DNA of 39,044 nt, taken from the NCBI GenBank assembly GCA_024689365.1, contig JAILDQ010000190.1, positions 1-39,044 of the forward strand, read 5' to 3'. The stretch comes from Treponema sp. GTDB taxonomy: Bacteria > Spirochaetota > Spirochaetia > Treponematales > Treponemataceae. Of the stretch, positions 19,085-28,363 are shown one piece after another. The translations under genes and the position numbers were made by a program. Every line of letters starts with the position of its first letter. Positions within the stretch are counted from its first letter, which is position 1. Below the pieces are notes generated by a model. It saw only the letters and a program-made list of their open reading frames with translations. It was not told the DNA's origin and did not search any database.

Positions 19085-19197
19085 AAAAACGCTCTCGCTG
19101 GAATCTGAATGCCGCGAACGAGGTACTTACGGGGCAAATAGGCTGGCTTAACGTGTCCTATGTTCGCGGCATTCATCTTCCCGCTACGCGTTTTTGC
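19085..19197. repeat. Long-hairpin intergenic element, copy 1
   Basis: 14-bp perfect IR TGAATGCCGCGAAC 19106-19 / 19162-75, outer AAAAACGC/GCGTTTTT; core aligns ungapped to 30882-30925. Confidence 0.75.
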
Positions 19198-19240
19198 TTG
19201 CTGTTATAAAAAAAGAACGCTCTCGCGGGAATGTGGGGCG

Positions 19241-20230
19241 TTAGGAGTTGAGGATGGGGGCGAAGGTTTTTTGGTAGTCGGCGCGGGAGGAGGATTGGAC
19301 TATTTCTTTGCGGAGGGCTCCGCCGCCTGGAACGCCTTTTGAGTAGGCGCAAAAACGCTTTCGCATTTCAAGGCAGGCTGCCTTTTCGCCTATGTCGGCG
19401 CTTAAAAGGTCAAGCTCGTCAAAGCCTGCCTGTATAGATTCCTTTGGAGGAATTTCGTCAAAGGAGCCCGTCTCGAGCAATTGGCGGCTTTGCCTGAAAA
19501 TGAAGGGACGCCCCATCGCTCCGCGCGCGAACATTACGGCCGAACATGCGGTTTCCTCCAGCATGGCCTTTGCTTCCTGGGGGCTGAAGGCGTCTCCGCT
19601 TCCAAAAATCGGAAGCCTTCCGTCGGCGAATTTCACCAAGTCGGCCAAAATCGACCAATCGGCTTTTCCCTCGTAGCCTTGGGCCCTTGTCCTTGGATGA
19701 ATCGTAATCGCTTTGCAGCCGGCCTGAATCGCGGCGTCGGCGGCTTCCTTCCAAGTGAGGTTTTGCGCGTCCCAGCCGCTTCTTATTTTCACCGTGACTG
19801 GAACTTTGCCTTCAACGGCCTTTACGACGGCAGCGGCGATTTTGTAGAGTTTTTCTGGATTTCTGGTAAGCTCTGAGCCCGCGCCGCTTTTTATGATTTT
19901 TGGAACGGGACAGCCGCAATTTATGTCGATCAACTCGCAGTTTGTGGCTTCCAAGACCATTTTGGCGCCTTTTTCCATCACTTCTGGATTTCCGCCGAAG
20001 ATTTGGACGGCGTAGGCCTTTTCGTTGGGGGCGCGGCGCATTAAGCCTGCGGTTTTGTCGCTTCCCCGCGTCAAGGCTTCCATGCTGACCATTTCTGTGT
20101 AGCAAAAGTTTGCGCCGCCCCTGACGCAAATGTTCCTAAAGGCTCGGTCGCTGTAACCTGCGACCGGGGCCAAAAAGAGATTTCCGTCAAGCTGGAGGTT
20201 TCCGATTTTTACGGGGCGGTAAAGGCTCAT
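19241..20230 (-). CDS. dusB: tRNA-dihydrouridine synthase
   Basis: LAPVAG, YTEMVS, DINCGCP, VTVKIRSG, IHPRT, VMFARG. Confidence 0.93.
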   Translation of the reverse strand: MSLYRPVKIGNLQLDGNLFLAPVAGYSDRAFRNICVRGGANFCYTEMVSMEALTRGSDKTAGLMRRAPNEKAYAVQIFGGNPEVMEKGAKMVLEATNCELIDINCGCPVPKIIKSGAGSELTRNPEKLYKIAAAVVKAVEGKVPVTVKIRSGWDAQNLTWKEAADAAIQAGCKAITIHPRTRAQGYEGKADWSILADLVKFADGRLPIFGSGDAFSPQEAKAMLEETACSAVMFARGAMGRPFIFRQSRQLLETGSFDEIPPKESIQAGFDELDLLSADIGEKAACLEMRKRFCAYSKGVPGGGALRKEIVQSSSRADYQKTFAPILNS

Positions 20231-21009
20231 TCGGGCAGCTTAAAGGCTTTGCAGCTGTTCTTCCAAAGCTGGTCGCTTAGCTCTTCCAGAGGCATTTCTA
20301 GCATTTCCGCAAGGAATTTCGCCGTGCTTACAATCATTTTGGGCATCGTTCGCTTCTTTTCGCGGAATTCGGCCGGAATCATGAAGGGGCTTTCCGTCTC
20401 GATGAGAATTCTGTCCACCGGAATGTTCAAAACCGTTTCGTGCAAGTTGCGGGCGTTGCGGTAAGTCAAATTTCCGGCGAAAGAGAACCATACGTTCAAA
20501 TTCGCTTCCAAGCACTTTTTGGCGTAGGCCGCGTCTTCGCTGTAGCAATGCAAAATGGCTCCAGAATCAGGAATCCTTTGGCTTAGAATGTCAAAAACGT
20601 CTTTTCCGGCGTCGCGATTGTGGATTACGACCGGCAAATTGTGCTTCTGGGCCAATTCAAGCTGGGTGATGAACATTTCAATTTGAGTTCTCTTGTCGCC
20701 GTATTGCTTGTAGTAGTCCAAGCCCGTCTCTCCAACCGCAATTACGTTGGGGAGCTTGAGGTTTTCCTCTATCGTGTGAATCCAATCCTTTCCTGGATTT
20801 GTGATTTCGGACGGAGCGACTCCGCAAGCGTGGTAAACGCCCGCGACGTTCTTGAGCGCGGGATAAACCTTCGCGAAATCGTGGAGAGAATTGTTTATGC
20901 TGACAATTCGGTTAACGCCCGCCATTTTGGCTTGCTGAATAACGCGTAATTGTTCAATAGGGTCATCGTAAATCAGCCCGATGTGAGCATGAGTATCAAA
21001 AAACTGCAT
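20227..21009 (-). CDS. tatD: TatD-family DNase
   Basis: DTHAH, VGETGLDY, IHNRDA, LHCYS, IETESP; promoter TTGACA(21110-05)-17-TATTAT. Confidence 0.93.
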   Translation of the reverse strand: MQFFDTHAHIGLIYDDPIEQLRVIQQAKMAGVNRIVSINNSLHDFAKVYPALKNVAGVYHACGVAPSEITNPGKDWIHTIEENLKLPNVIAVGETGLDYYKQYGDKRTQIEMFITQLELAQKHNLPVVIHNRDAGKDVFDILSQRIPDSGAILHCYSEDAAYAKKCLEANLNVWFSFAGNLTYRNARNLHETVLNIPVDRILIETESPFMIPAEFREKKRTMPKMIVSTAKFLAEMLEMPLEELSDQLWKNSCKAFKLPE

Positions 21010-21208
21010 GGCTTATGTCCTAAAAACTGTGGTGAGTAAACTCCGTCATTGCGGCGGAATCTACGTTCGGTATTTCTATATATAATAGCGCCATTTGTGA
21101 ATTTTGTCAAATTTTAGAGCGAATTCGCCGATAAATATAAAGGCTTCTTTGCCGTTTGTTTCTATATAATTATTGACAAAAAAGCCAAATTCTGATAGGA
21201 TAGTAATA

Positions 21209-22219
21209 ATGGCTAAAAAGCGCGATTTGTCTAAAGTAATGTCAAAATCATTCTCTTCAAAGCAATCTTTTGGCGACAAACTTGCCTCGGCCGCTTCAAA
21301 AATTTTTCATGTTTTTGACAACAAGCTCACGGTCATGATTGTTCCCCACGCGCAGGGTAAGGTGGTCAATTTTCAAACCAACGTTTTCGCGATGGTTTTG
21401 GCAATCATAATCGCTTTGGGCATAATATTGAGCTTTATTTTCTTCAATAAAAATGCAATCAATTCCAGCGCGGAAATCAGCCGCTTGTTCACCGAGAACA
21501 GACAAACGATGGCAAGCCTTGACGAGCTTCGCGACGAGAACAACAATCTTTTGCAAACGGCCAAGCGCTTTCAGTCTTCTTTGAACCAGTCCCTTTCACT
21601 TTTGGGAATCGAAAGCCAAAGCGACGCCACAAACGCTCCCCTTAACAACGGAGACCTTTCGTCTTTGTTCAGCATGGAAGAATTGGCCACGGGAAGCGTT
21701 CGCGAAGCCGCGGACATCCGCCAGCTCACTTCTTATTTGGAAGGCGCGGTTCAGCCGATTGAGCAAATCGGAAAAATGCTCGAAACCCAGAATTCTTTGT
21801 TCAGCGACATTCCCAGCATTTGGCCTGTCCGAAGCCCCCAGCTTCACATTTCGATGGGCTTTGGACCTATGGTTCACCCGATTACCGGCCAATGGTACGT
21901 TCACAAGGGAATCGACTTGTCAACTTGGCGAAGCGGAGACCCGATTCATGTAGCCGCCAACGGCCAGGTTGTTACGGTGGCCTATGACATGGGCTACGGA
22001 AACAACGTAATCGTAAAGCACAAGCACGGCATTTACACCCGCTACGCCCACATGAACACAATCCGAGTGACAAAGGGCCAGTTCGTTTCCCAGGGAGACG
22101 TGATTGGCACAATCGGAAACACCGGCGTTACGACCGGTCCCCACCTTCACTATGAAGTCCACATCGGAAGCGACGTTGTCGATCCGATAAAATACCTTAA
22201 CATAAAGGTTTCAAACTAA
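21209..22219 (+). CDS. M23-family peptidoglycan peptidase
   Basis: TM + coiled coil + HKGID, YAHM, TTGPHLHYEV; start ATG 21209. Confidence 0.93.
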   Translation: MAKKRDLSKVMSKSFSSKQSFGDKLASAASKIFHVFDNKLTVMIVPHAQGKVVNFQTNVFAMVLAIIIALGIILSFIFFNKNAINSSAEISRLFTENRQTMASLDELRDENNNLLQTAKRFQSSLNQSLSLLGIESQSDATNAPLNNGDLSSLFSMEELATGSVREAADIRQLTSYLEGAVQPIEQIGKMLETQNSLFSDIPSIWPVRSPQLHISMGFGPMVHPITGQWYVHKGIDLSTWRSGDPIHVAANGQVVTVAYDMGYGNNVIVKHKHGIYTRYAHMNTIRVTKGQFVSQGDVIGTIGNTGVTTGPHLHYEVHIGSDVVDPIKYLNIKVSN

Positions 22220-22632
22220 TGGCCCTTCTTTCCGACGACATTTCGATTTGCACCCTTGTCGGCTCCGGCTCTTCTTTTGTAGGAAACATGCGCGTTAACG
22301 GCGCGATGATGATTGACGGCGACGTTGACGGAGATTTGGAAGTAAGCGGCAACATAATCATTGGCGAAAAGGCAAGGGTTCGAGGCAACATCAGCGCGAA
22401 GTCCGCGGTCATAAGCGGAATCGTTTTGGGCGACATAAGCGCGCCGGAAGGAATAAAGCTCACTTCCACTTCCACTGTTTTGGGCGACATCGCGACCCAT
22501 CGTTTGCAAATCGCGCAGGGAGTCGTCTTCCACGGCCATTGCATCGCTTTGAGCGACGAAGACCTTTTTGAAAAAGAATCAACAAAACAACGGCAACTAA
22601 AAGAAATCAAAAGAAAAACGTTTATTAAATGA
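22219..22632 (+). CDS. Bactofilin (polymer-forming cytoskeletal protein)
   Basis: Gly-rich beta-helix repeats (IDGDVDGDL, VRGNI, VLGDI, GVVFHG); coupled to M23 gene. Confidence 0.92.
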   Translation: MALLSDDISICTLVGSGSSFVGNMRVNGAMMIDGDVDGDLEVSGNIIIGEKARVRGNISAKSAVISGIVLGDISAPEGIKLTSTSTVLGDIATHRLQIAQGVVFHGHCIALSDEDLFEKESTKQRQLKEIKRKTFIK

Positions 22633-23180
22633 ATTCGATAGATTCGACAAGCAACGGATTGTATTACAACGCGACTCAAGCGGTTGCCAATCAAACGGCC
22701 GCCCAAAACGCCGCCCAAGCCGCGCGCAAAAACGAAAAAGACAAGGCCGTGAAAAAGCCCGCCTTTTCTTCAATGGTGGAAAAACAGCAGGCCGAAAATC
22801 TTTTGGCAAGCCAGGGCCTTCCGCCTGAGATTGCGGGGCTTGGACAAGAAGAGGCCCTTGTTTATCTAAAGGACCAGTTGGACTTGACGGGCGACGCTTT
22901 GGTAGAAGATCCCTCGGGTCAAAATTTTGAAAATTACAAAAGAGCGGTCAGCCATTTTATAAAGTTCATGCAAAAAGAAAACTTTTTTTTGGAACCGCAC
23001 ATTCGTTATAAAAGAACTCCTTCCGGCAAAAAGAAGGACACTTTGGTATTGGTTCAAACGATTGACAAAAAGTTGGAGCAGTTGAACTACGACATTTGGT
23101 ACAACCATTTGGACAAACTTAAGAGACTTGAAAAAATTCATGAAATAAACGGTTTGGTGGTAGACTTGACCGCGGTTTAG
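22629..23180 (+). CDS. YaaR/DUF327-family protein
   Basis: GDALVEDPS, YKRAVSHF, IDKKLEQL, EINGLVVDL C-terminus. Confidence 0.85.
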   Translation: MNSIDSTSNGLYYNATQAVANQTAAQNAAQAARKNEKDKAVKKPAFSSMVEKQQAENLLASQGLPPEIAGLGQEEALVYLKDQLDLTGDALVEDPSGQNFENYKRAVSHFIKFMQKENFFLEPHIRYKRTPSGKKKDTLVLVQTIDKKLEQLNYDIWYNHLDKLKRLEKIHEINGLVVDLTAV

Positions 23181-23206
23181 GAATAAAATAGATATAGGTT
23201 TTTTTT

Positions 23207-24124
23207 ATGAGCGATATATTTGAAAAAGAAATAGATGACGACAACGAAGATCTTTCCTCTCTTGAAGACGAAAGCGTAGACGTTGACGGCGGCGAAAAAT
23301 TTGTTTACAACGAGCCCCTTTACGCCTTGCGCTTGGATTATTCCAGGGAGGGCGTTTTTGCCAAGCAAGGAAATTTCAAGCTTGAAGCCGGCGACGCGGT
23401 GATCATTCCCACTCGCTACGGAAAGGACTTGGCTCGTGTTTTGGGCAAGGCGAAAAGTCCTGTTGGAATCAAAAAGGACGACATAATTCAAATTGACCGA
23501 AAGGCCAGCGACGACGATTTAAGCCGCGCCGCCGAACTCAAGGAAAAGGAAAAAGGCGCCTTTAAAGTTTTTCAAGAAAAGGTGGCCGCCCGCAAGCTGA
23601 ACATGAAGTTGATTGGCGCGCACTTTTTGGTTGACGAGCCAAAAGCCTTGTTCTTCTTTAGTTCAGACCAAAGGGTTGACTTTAGGGAATTGGTCAAAGA
23701 CTTGGTCAGCGTTTTTAAAATGCGCATCGAGCTTAGGCAAATCGGCGTCCGCGACGAGTCAAGAATTACAGGCGGCTTGGGAATCTGCGGCCGTCCTTAT
23801 TGCTGCAACGCAATCAGCGACAAGCTTCGTCCTGTTTCAATCAGAATGGCGAAGGACCAAAACCTTTCCCTCAACTCTATGAAAATTTCCGGACAATGCG
23901 GCCGCCTTTTGTGCTGCCTTTCCTACGAATACGATTTTTATTCCGACGCGCGCAAAAAGCTTCCAAACGAAGGAACCCGCATTTATTACGACGGAACCAA
24001 TTTTAGAATTACAGAAATAAATCCCTTGACTTCAATGATTAAGCTTTACGGAGAAGACGGCCGCATTCTTGAGGTGAACTCAAGCCGTTTTGTAAAGGAA
24101 AACAATCGTTGGAAGATTAATTAG
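23207..24124 (+). CDS. ricT: PSP1-domain Fe-S protein (YaaT/RicT family)
   Basis: RVDFRELVKDL, RQIGVRDE, GICGRPYCC, SGQCGRLLCCL. Confidence 0.9.
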   Translation: MSDIFEKEIDDDNEDLSSLEDESVDVDGGEKFVYNEPLYALRLDYSREGVFAKQGNFKLEAGDAVIIPTRYGKDLARVLGKAKSPVGIKKDDIIQIDRKASDDDLSRAAELKEKEKGAFKVFQEKVAARKLNMKLIGAHFLVDEPKALFFFSSDQRVDFRELVKDLVSVFKMRIELRQIGVRDESRITGGLGICGRPYCCNAISDKLRPVSIRMAKDQNLSLNSMKISGQCGRLLCCLSYEYDFYSDARKKLPNEGTRIYYDGTNFRITEINPLTSMIKLYGEDGRILEVNSSRFVKENNRWKIN

Positions 24125-24155
24125 GCTGGTAGGGCGAAGCTCTTTTGCTTCGCTT

Positions 24156-24884
24156 TTAGTCTAAGACTGCCAGCATATAGTCTGAGTCTTCGTAAAAAGA
24201 AAGTCCGTCATAGCCGCTAAAGAATTGAACGCTTCTAAAGCCCGCTTCTTTTGAAAAATCCTCAATCTCTGATTTTTTTAGCGGATATATTTTCGCTTGT
24301 TCGTATACCGACGTGTTTTTGTTGTTTTTTTCCAAAAAACTGTCCAAATAAAAAGTGCCGTCTTGGTTTCTGGAAATCACGCTTTTGTATTTTACGCGGG
24401 CGCTGCTTAATTCAGGCAAATAAATTTTTGTCGAAGCCTGGTATTTGTCAAAGTTGAAAAGCTGCAAAATCAATTTTCCGCCGTCTGCCAAAAGCTCCTT
24501 GCAGTCAAAGAAAAATTTTCTAATCAAGGTTTGGTCGTGAATGAAAATAACGCGGCTGTTCAAGCACGAAATGATGTTATAAAATTTCTTTCCCAAAAAG
24601 CGGGTCATTTCCAATGTTGACATTTGAAAATATCGCAGGGACATAAGCTGGTTTCTGTATTTTAGGCTTGCCGATTCCAGCAATTCTCGTTGGGGTTCAA
24701 GGCCGGTTACGTCAACAGCGTCTTTTGCCAATCGATGGCAAAGGACTCCCGTTCCGCATCCAATGCTCAATATTTTGGCGGGAGAGGAGTATTTTTGTAT
24801 TAAGGTTTCATAGAACGTTTGTTGCGCCAATGTTACAGGATACAATTCATCGTAGTACTCAACCAAATTTTTAATTGATTCCAT
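24156..24884 (-). CDS. Class I SAM-dependent methyltransferase
   Basis: YYDELYP, ILSIGCGTG motif I, LADGGKLIL; promoter TTGCCA-17-TATAAT. Confidence 0.85.
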   Translation of the reverse strand: MESIKNLVEYYDELYPVTLAQQTFYETLIQKYSSPAKILSIGCGTGVLCHRLAKDAVDVTGLEPQRELLESASLKYRNQLMSLRYFQMSTLEMTRFLGKKFYNIISCLNSRVIFIHDQTLIRKFFFDCKELLADGGKLILQLFNFDKYQASTKIYLPELSSARVKYKSVISRNQDGTFYLDSFLEKNNKNTSVYEQAKIYPLKKSEIEDFSKEAGFRSVQFFSGYDGLSFYEDSDYMLAVLD

Positions 24885-24952
24885 TTTGCTTTAAATTATA
24901 AACCCAAAATGGAAATTTGGCAAACTTTTTTTTAAATTTTTTAGGGCTGAAT

Positions 24953-25249
24953 CTAAATCTTGTCCAAGTCTTTTGCCTTCACAAAGAAGACTTTTATGCC
25001 CTCGTCGGGAAAGCGCTTTTTAACGGCCTTTACAATCGCCTTGACTTTTGTCGCCTCTTTTTTTTCGATGTAGGCAAAGAGGGCAAAGTTCACTTCCGGC
25101 CAGCTTGAAGTGCCCAACTTGTAGCTTTTTTTTCCTCGTCCAGTGACAAGAGGAATTGTCGTATATAAAAAATTCGGAATATTTTCTTCCAAGGTTTCTA
25201 TTATGTCGTCTTGAACCGATTGGTTTGTGATTATTTCAACTCGATACAT
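24953..25249 (-). CDS. PG0541-family (PII-like) transporter-associated protein
   Basis: 98 aa directly after RND gene; VTGRGK..LGTSSWPEVN. Confidence 0.75.
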   Translation of the reverse strand: MYRVEIITNQSVQDDIIETLEENIPNFLYTTIPLVTGRGKKSYKLGTSSWPEVNFALFAYIEKKEATKVKAIVKAVKKRFPDEGIKVFFVKAKDLDKI

Positions 25250-25258
25250 TTTGGACTC

Positions 25259-28200
25259 CTATTCTTCCAAGAAAACTTTGATGCGGCTTTTTTTGATTTT
25301 CTTCTCTTTCATAATCAAAGAATACAAAACCGGAATGAAGAAAAGCGTTACAAAGGTTGAGCTTGCCAAGCCGCCGACTACGGCAACTCCAATCGGCTGA
25401 ACCATTCCCGCGCTTCCGCTTGTGGCAAAGCACATTGGAAGCATTCCCAAAATTGTTGTGAGCGTTGTCATCAATACCGGGCGCAAACGGCTTGACCCTG
25501 CTTCAAGGCAAGCGTCAAACATTTTGTAGCCGCGGTCAATCAAAAGGTTGGTGTAGTCAACCAAAATGATTCCGTTGTTTACGACGATTCCTACAAGCAT
25601 GATAAGGCCGACCGCGCTCATCATTGAAATCGCTTGTCCTGAGATTTTGTAAATGGCGACAACTCCGATAATCAAGAATGGAATCGTGCAAAGGTTGATG
25701 AAGGGCGCCTTGAAGCTTTCGTAGGTTCCGGCCATTACGCCAAAAACCAAAAGAATCGCCATGAGGATGATTCCTCCGTAAGCGGCGCCTTGTTCCTGCA
25801 TTGTTTTCCAAGCTCCTTCGTAAGAAAGAGTCACGTTGTCTGGAACGATGAAGGAGTCGGCGATGCCCTTTTTAATTTGATTTTCAATTTCGTAGGCGTT
25901 CACTTCGGTGAGCAAGTTGGCGCTTACAGTTACGACGCGGGTTTGGTTTTCGCGCCGGATTGTGACGGGGCCCAAGCCTTTTGTGACTCTTGCGAAATTC
26001 GCGACGCTTACTTTTCCGTTCGTTCCTTTTACGTAAATCTGCTCAAGGTCGGTCACAGATTTTCTGTCGCCCGGTTCATACATTAAAATAACGCTGTATT
26101 CTTTTCCCGCGTCGCGGTAAGTGGTGGCGGTCACTCCGTTTATGGCGTAGTTTATTTCCCGCGCGACTGTCGTTATGTCCACGCCAAAAGAGTAGGCTCG
26201 GTCGCGGTCGATTTCAACTTCGATTTCTGGAACGCCTTCTTCCGTGTCAACCGAACTTTCGCCCAAGTCTTTTATGTTTTTCATAACGTCTTGAATTTGT
26301 CCGGCGACTTTGAGGGTTGCATCCAAGTCGTCCGAGCGCAATTTGATGACGATGTCGCTTCCTGTCATTTGGCCGCGCATTCCTTCTCTGAAGGAAAATC
26401 TCGCTCCGGCGAAATCGTTAAAGTGGGCTCTTAACTTTTTTTGGATGTCGGCCGCCTTGTCGATTTGCTTGTCGCTTCTTGGAAGCTGGATTTGAATCGT
26501 TCCTTTGTAGGAAGAGGAATTTCTTGAGCCCGTTCCGATGCTGGTGATGATTGTTGTGTAGCCTCTGATTTCTTTTTTGCAAATCTCTTCCAGTTGCGAC
26601 ATTACGGCGCTTGTCGTTTCGAGCGTTGTTCCGATTGGAAGCGTTACATTAAGAGAAACGCTGTCGTCTTGGCCGCTCGGCATCATATTGATTGTCATTG
26701 TCGGAATGAAGGAAAGCGCCACGAGCAAGGCGCAAACGCAAATAGTGACCGTAACGCCTTTGTGCCTAAGCGCGGCGCCCAAAGCTTTTTTGTAAATGAG
26801 CGTGAGCGCGTTCAAGGGAATGTCCAAAAGTTGGTAGAAGCGTCGAAGGATTTTTGACTTGACCGGCTTTTCCTTTCTGTTTGTAAGCGGAAGAAATTTT
26901 CCTGCTAAAACGGGAACGAGGAAAATCGCCACAAAGAGCGAGGACATAAGGGCGATTACAACAGTGAAGATTATTCCCTTGAACATTTGTCCCATCATTC
27001 CAAGCTCTTTCATATAAAAGAGGAATGGAATGAAAACGCAAATCGTCGTAAGGTTTCCGCTGGTGACCGACATGATCATTTCGCTGGAACCGAGCTCTGC
27101 CGAAACTATGGCCTTGGCGCCGCGGGTTCGGTAAACGTAAATGTTTTCAATCATAACGATTGACGCGTCTACAATCATTCCGACTCCGAGAATCAAGCCC
27201 GTAAGAGTCATCATGTTCAAGGTGATTCCAGCGAAGTTCATGCAGAGCATTGTGATTATGATTGAAAGCGGAATTGAAATTGCGATGATGATTGTAGACT
27301 TGAAGTTCTTAAGGAAGAGGAACAAAATCAAAACGGCGAGAATCAAGCCTTGCATCGCGCTTTCCAAAAGCGTGTTGATTGTGTCGCGGATTGAATCGGT
27401 TGTGTCCCAAACGATGTTCATCGACATGTCGCCTGGAAGAACCTCTTGGATTTCCGCAAGTTTTTTGTAAACCGCATTGGCGACGGTGACGCTGTTTTTT
27501 CCAGATTGCTTTGTGATGCTGACGTAAACGCCAGGCTGGCCGTTAATCAAAACTTCGTTGCTCTTGTCTTGGTAGCCAAGTTCCGCTTTTCCCAAATCCG
27601 AAAGGCGAACGATGTAACCGTTCTTTCTTGTGATTACAGTTGAGTTGATGTCGTCAACGCTGGCAAATTCTCCAGTGGTTCTAATCGTGTAATCGTAAGA
27701 GTCCTCCGTGATTTTTCCGCCGCCCAATTCCAAGTTTTGTTTTGCGAGCGCGGAATAAACTTCCGTGATTGTGATTCCGTAGGCGGACAAGCGATTTTGG
27801 GAAAGGTCGACGCGGACGATTTTGTCGCGGCCTCCGTAAACCGTCGCTTCGGCAACGCCGTCGGTTTGCTCAATCAAGTCGGTGATTGTGTTGTCCGCGA
27901 TTTCGCGAAGCTCGTTGCGGCTGCGGTTTCCGTTTATGGCTATGCGCATGATAGGCATAGCATCGCTGTCCATTTTAAAGATTGAAGGAGTTCCTGCGTC
28001 GTCAGGAAGGTTTCTAACAACGCGGTCGATTTTGTCGCGGACATTGTTTGTGGCTATGTCCAAGTCTGTTCCGTAATTGAATTCAAGCGAAATGTTTGAC
28101 CTTCCTTCCGAAGAAGTGCTTGTGATTTCCTTAAGGCCGCTTACGCTGATTAATTGCGATTCCAAAATTTTTGTGACGGATTTTTCTACCGACTGAGGGC

Positions 28201-28363
28201 CTGCGTTTTGATAAGTCGTGCTTACACTTAAGTATGGATAGTCAACGTCAGGCATAAGGCTGATGGAAACGTTCTTTAAAGTAAAGGCTCCCATTATTCC
28301 CAGAAGAACAAATACAATCAGGGTTAAGACAGGATGCCTTAATGTTGTTTTTGTAATGCTCAT
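25259..28363 (-). CDS. RND efflux permease (AcrB/SwrC-like)
   Basis: 1034 aa, GMIVDASIVMIEN, GIVVNNGI, RLRPVLMTT. Confidence 0.96.
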   Translation of the reverse strand: MSITKTTLRHPVLTLIVFVLLGIMGAFTLKNVSISLMPDVDYPYLSVSTTYQNAGPQSVEKSVTKILESQLISVSGLKEITSTSSEGRSNISLEFNYGTDLDIATNNVRDKIDRVVRNLPDDAGTPSIFKMDSDAMPIMRIAINGNRSRNELREIADNTITDLIEQTDGVAEATVYGGRDKIVRVDLSQNRLSAYGITITEVYSALAKQNLELGGGKITEDSYDYTIRTTGEFASVDDINSTVITRKNGYIVRLSDLGKAELGYQDKSNEVLINGQPGVYVSITKQSGKNSVTVANAVYKKLAEIQEVLPGDMSMNIVWDTTDSIRDTINTLLESAMQGLILAVLILFLFLKNFKSTIIIAISIPLSIIITMLCMNFAGITLNMMTLTGLILGVGMIVDASIVMIENIYVYRTRGAKAIVSAELGSSEMIMSVTSGNLTTICVFIPFLFYMKELGMMGQMFKGIIFTVVIALMSSLFVAIFLVPVLAGKFLPLTNRKEKPVKSKILRRFYQLLDIPLNALTLIYKKALGAALRHKGVTVTICVCALLVALSFIPTMTINMMPSGQDDSVSLNVTLPIGTTLETTSAVMSQLEEICKKEIRGYTTIITSIGTGSRNSSSYKGTIQIQLPRSDKQIDKAADIQKKLRAHFNDFAGARFSFREGMRGQMTGSDIVIKLRSDDLDATLKVAGQIQDVMKNIKDLGESSVDTEEGVPEIEVEIDRDRAYSFGVDITTVAREINYAINGVTATTYRDAGKEYSVILMYEPGDRKSVTDLEQIYVKGTNGKVSVANFARVTKGLGPVTIRRENQTRVVTVSANLLTEVNAYEIENQIKKGIADSFIVPDNVTLSYEGAWKTMQEQGAAYGGIILMAILLVFGVMAGTYESFKAPFINLCTIPFLIIGVVAIYKISGQAISMMSAVGLIMLVGIVVNNGIILVDYTNLLIDRGYKMFDACLEAGSSRLRPVLMTTLTTILGMLPMCFATSGSAGMVQPIGVAVVGGLASSTFVTLFFIPVLYSLIMKEKKIKKSRIKVFLEE

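Noticed and set aside
19119-19162. c-di-GMP-I riboswitch (GGGCAAA and CTATG words, cyclase operon nearby)
   Set aside because: Lacks the P2 GNRA stem and GACGCAAA segment, and is antisense to the cyclase operon
19085-19235. CRISPR array or canonical integron cassette
   Set aside because: No repeat-spacer series, cas or intI genes; ends do not fit RYYYAAC/GTTRRRY
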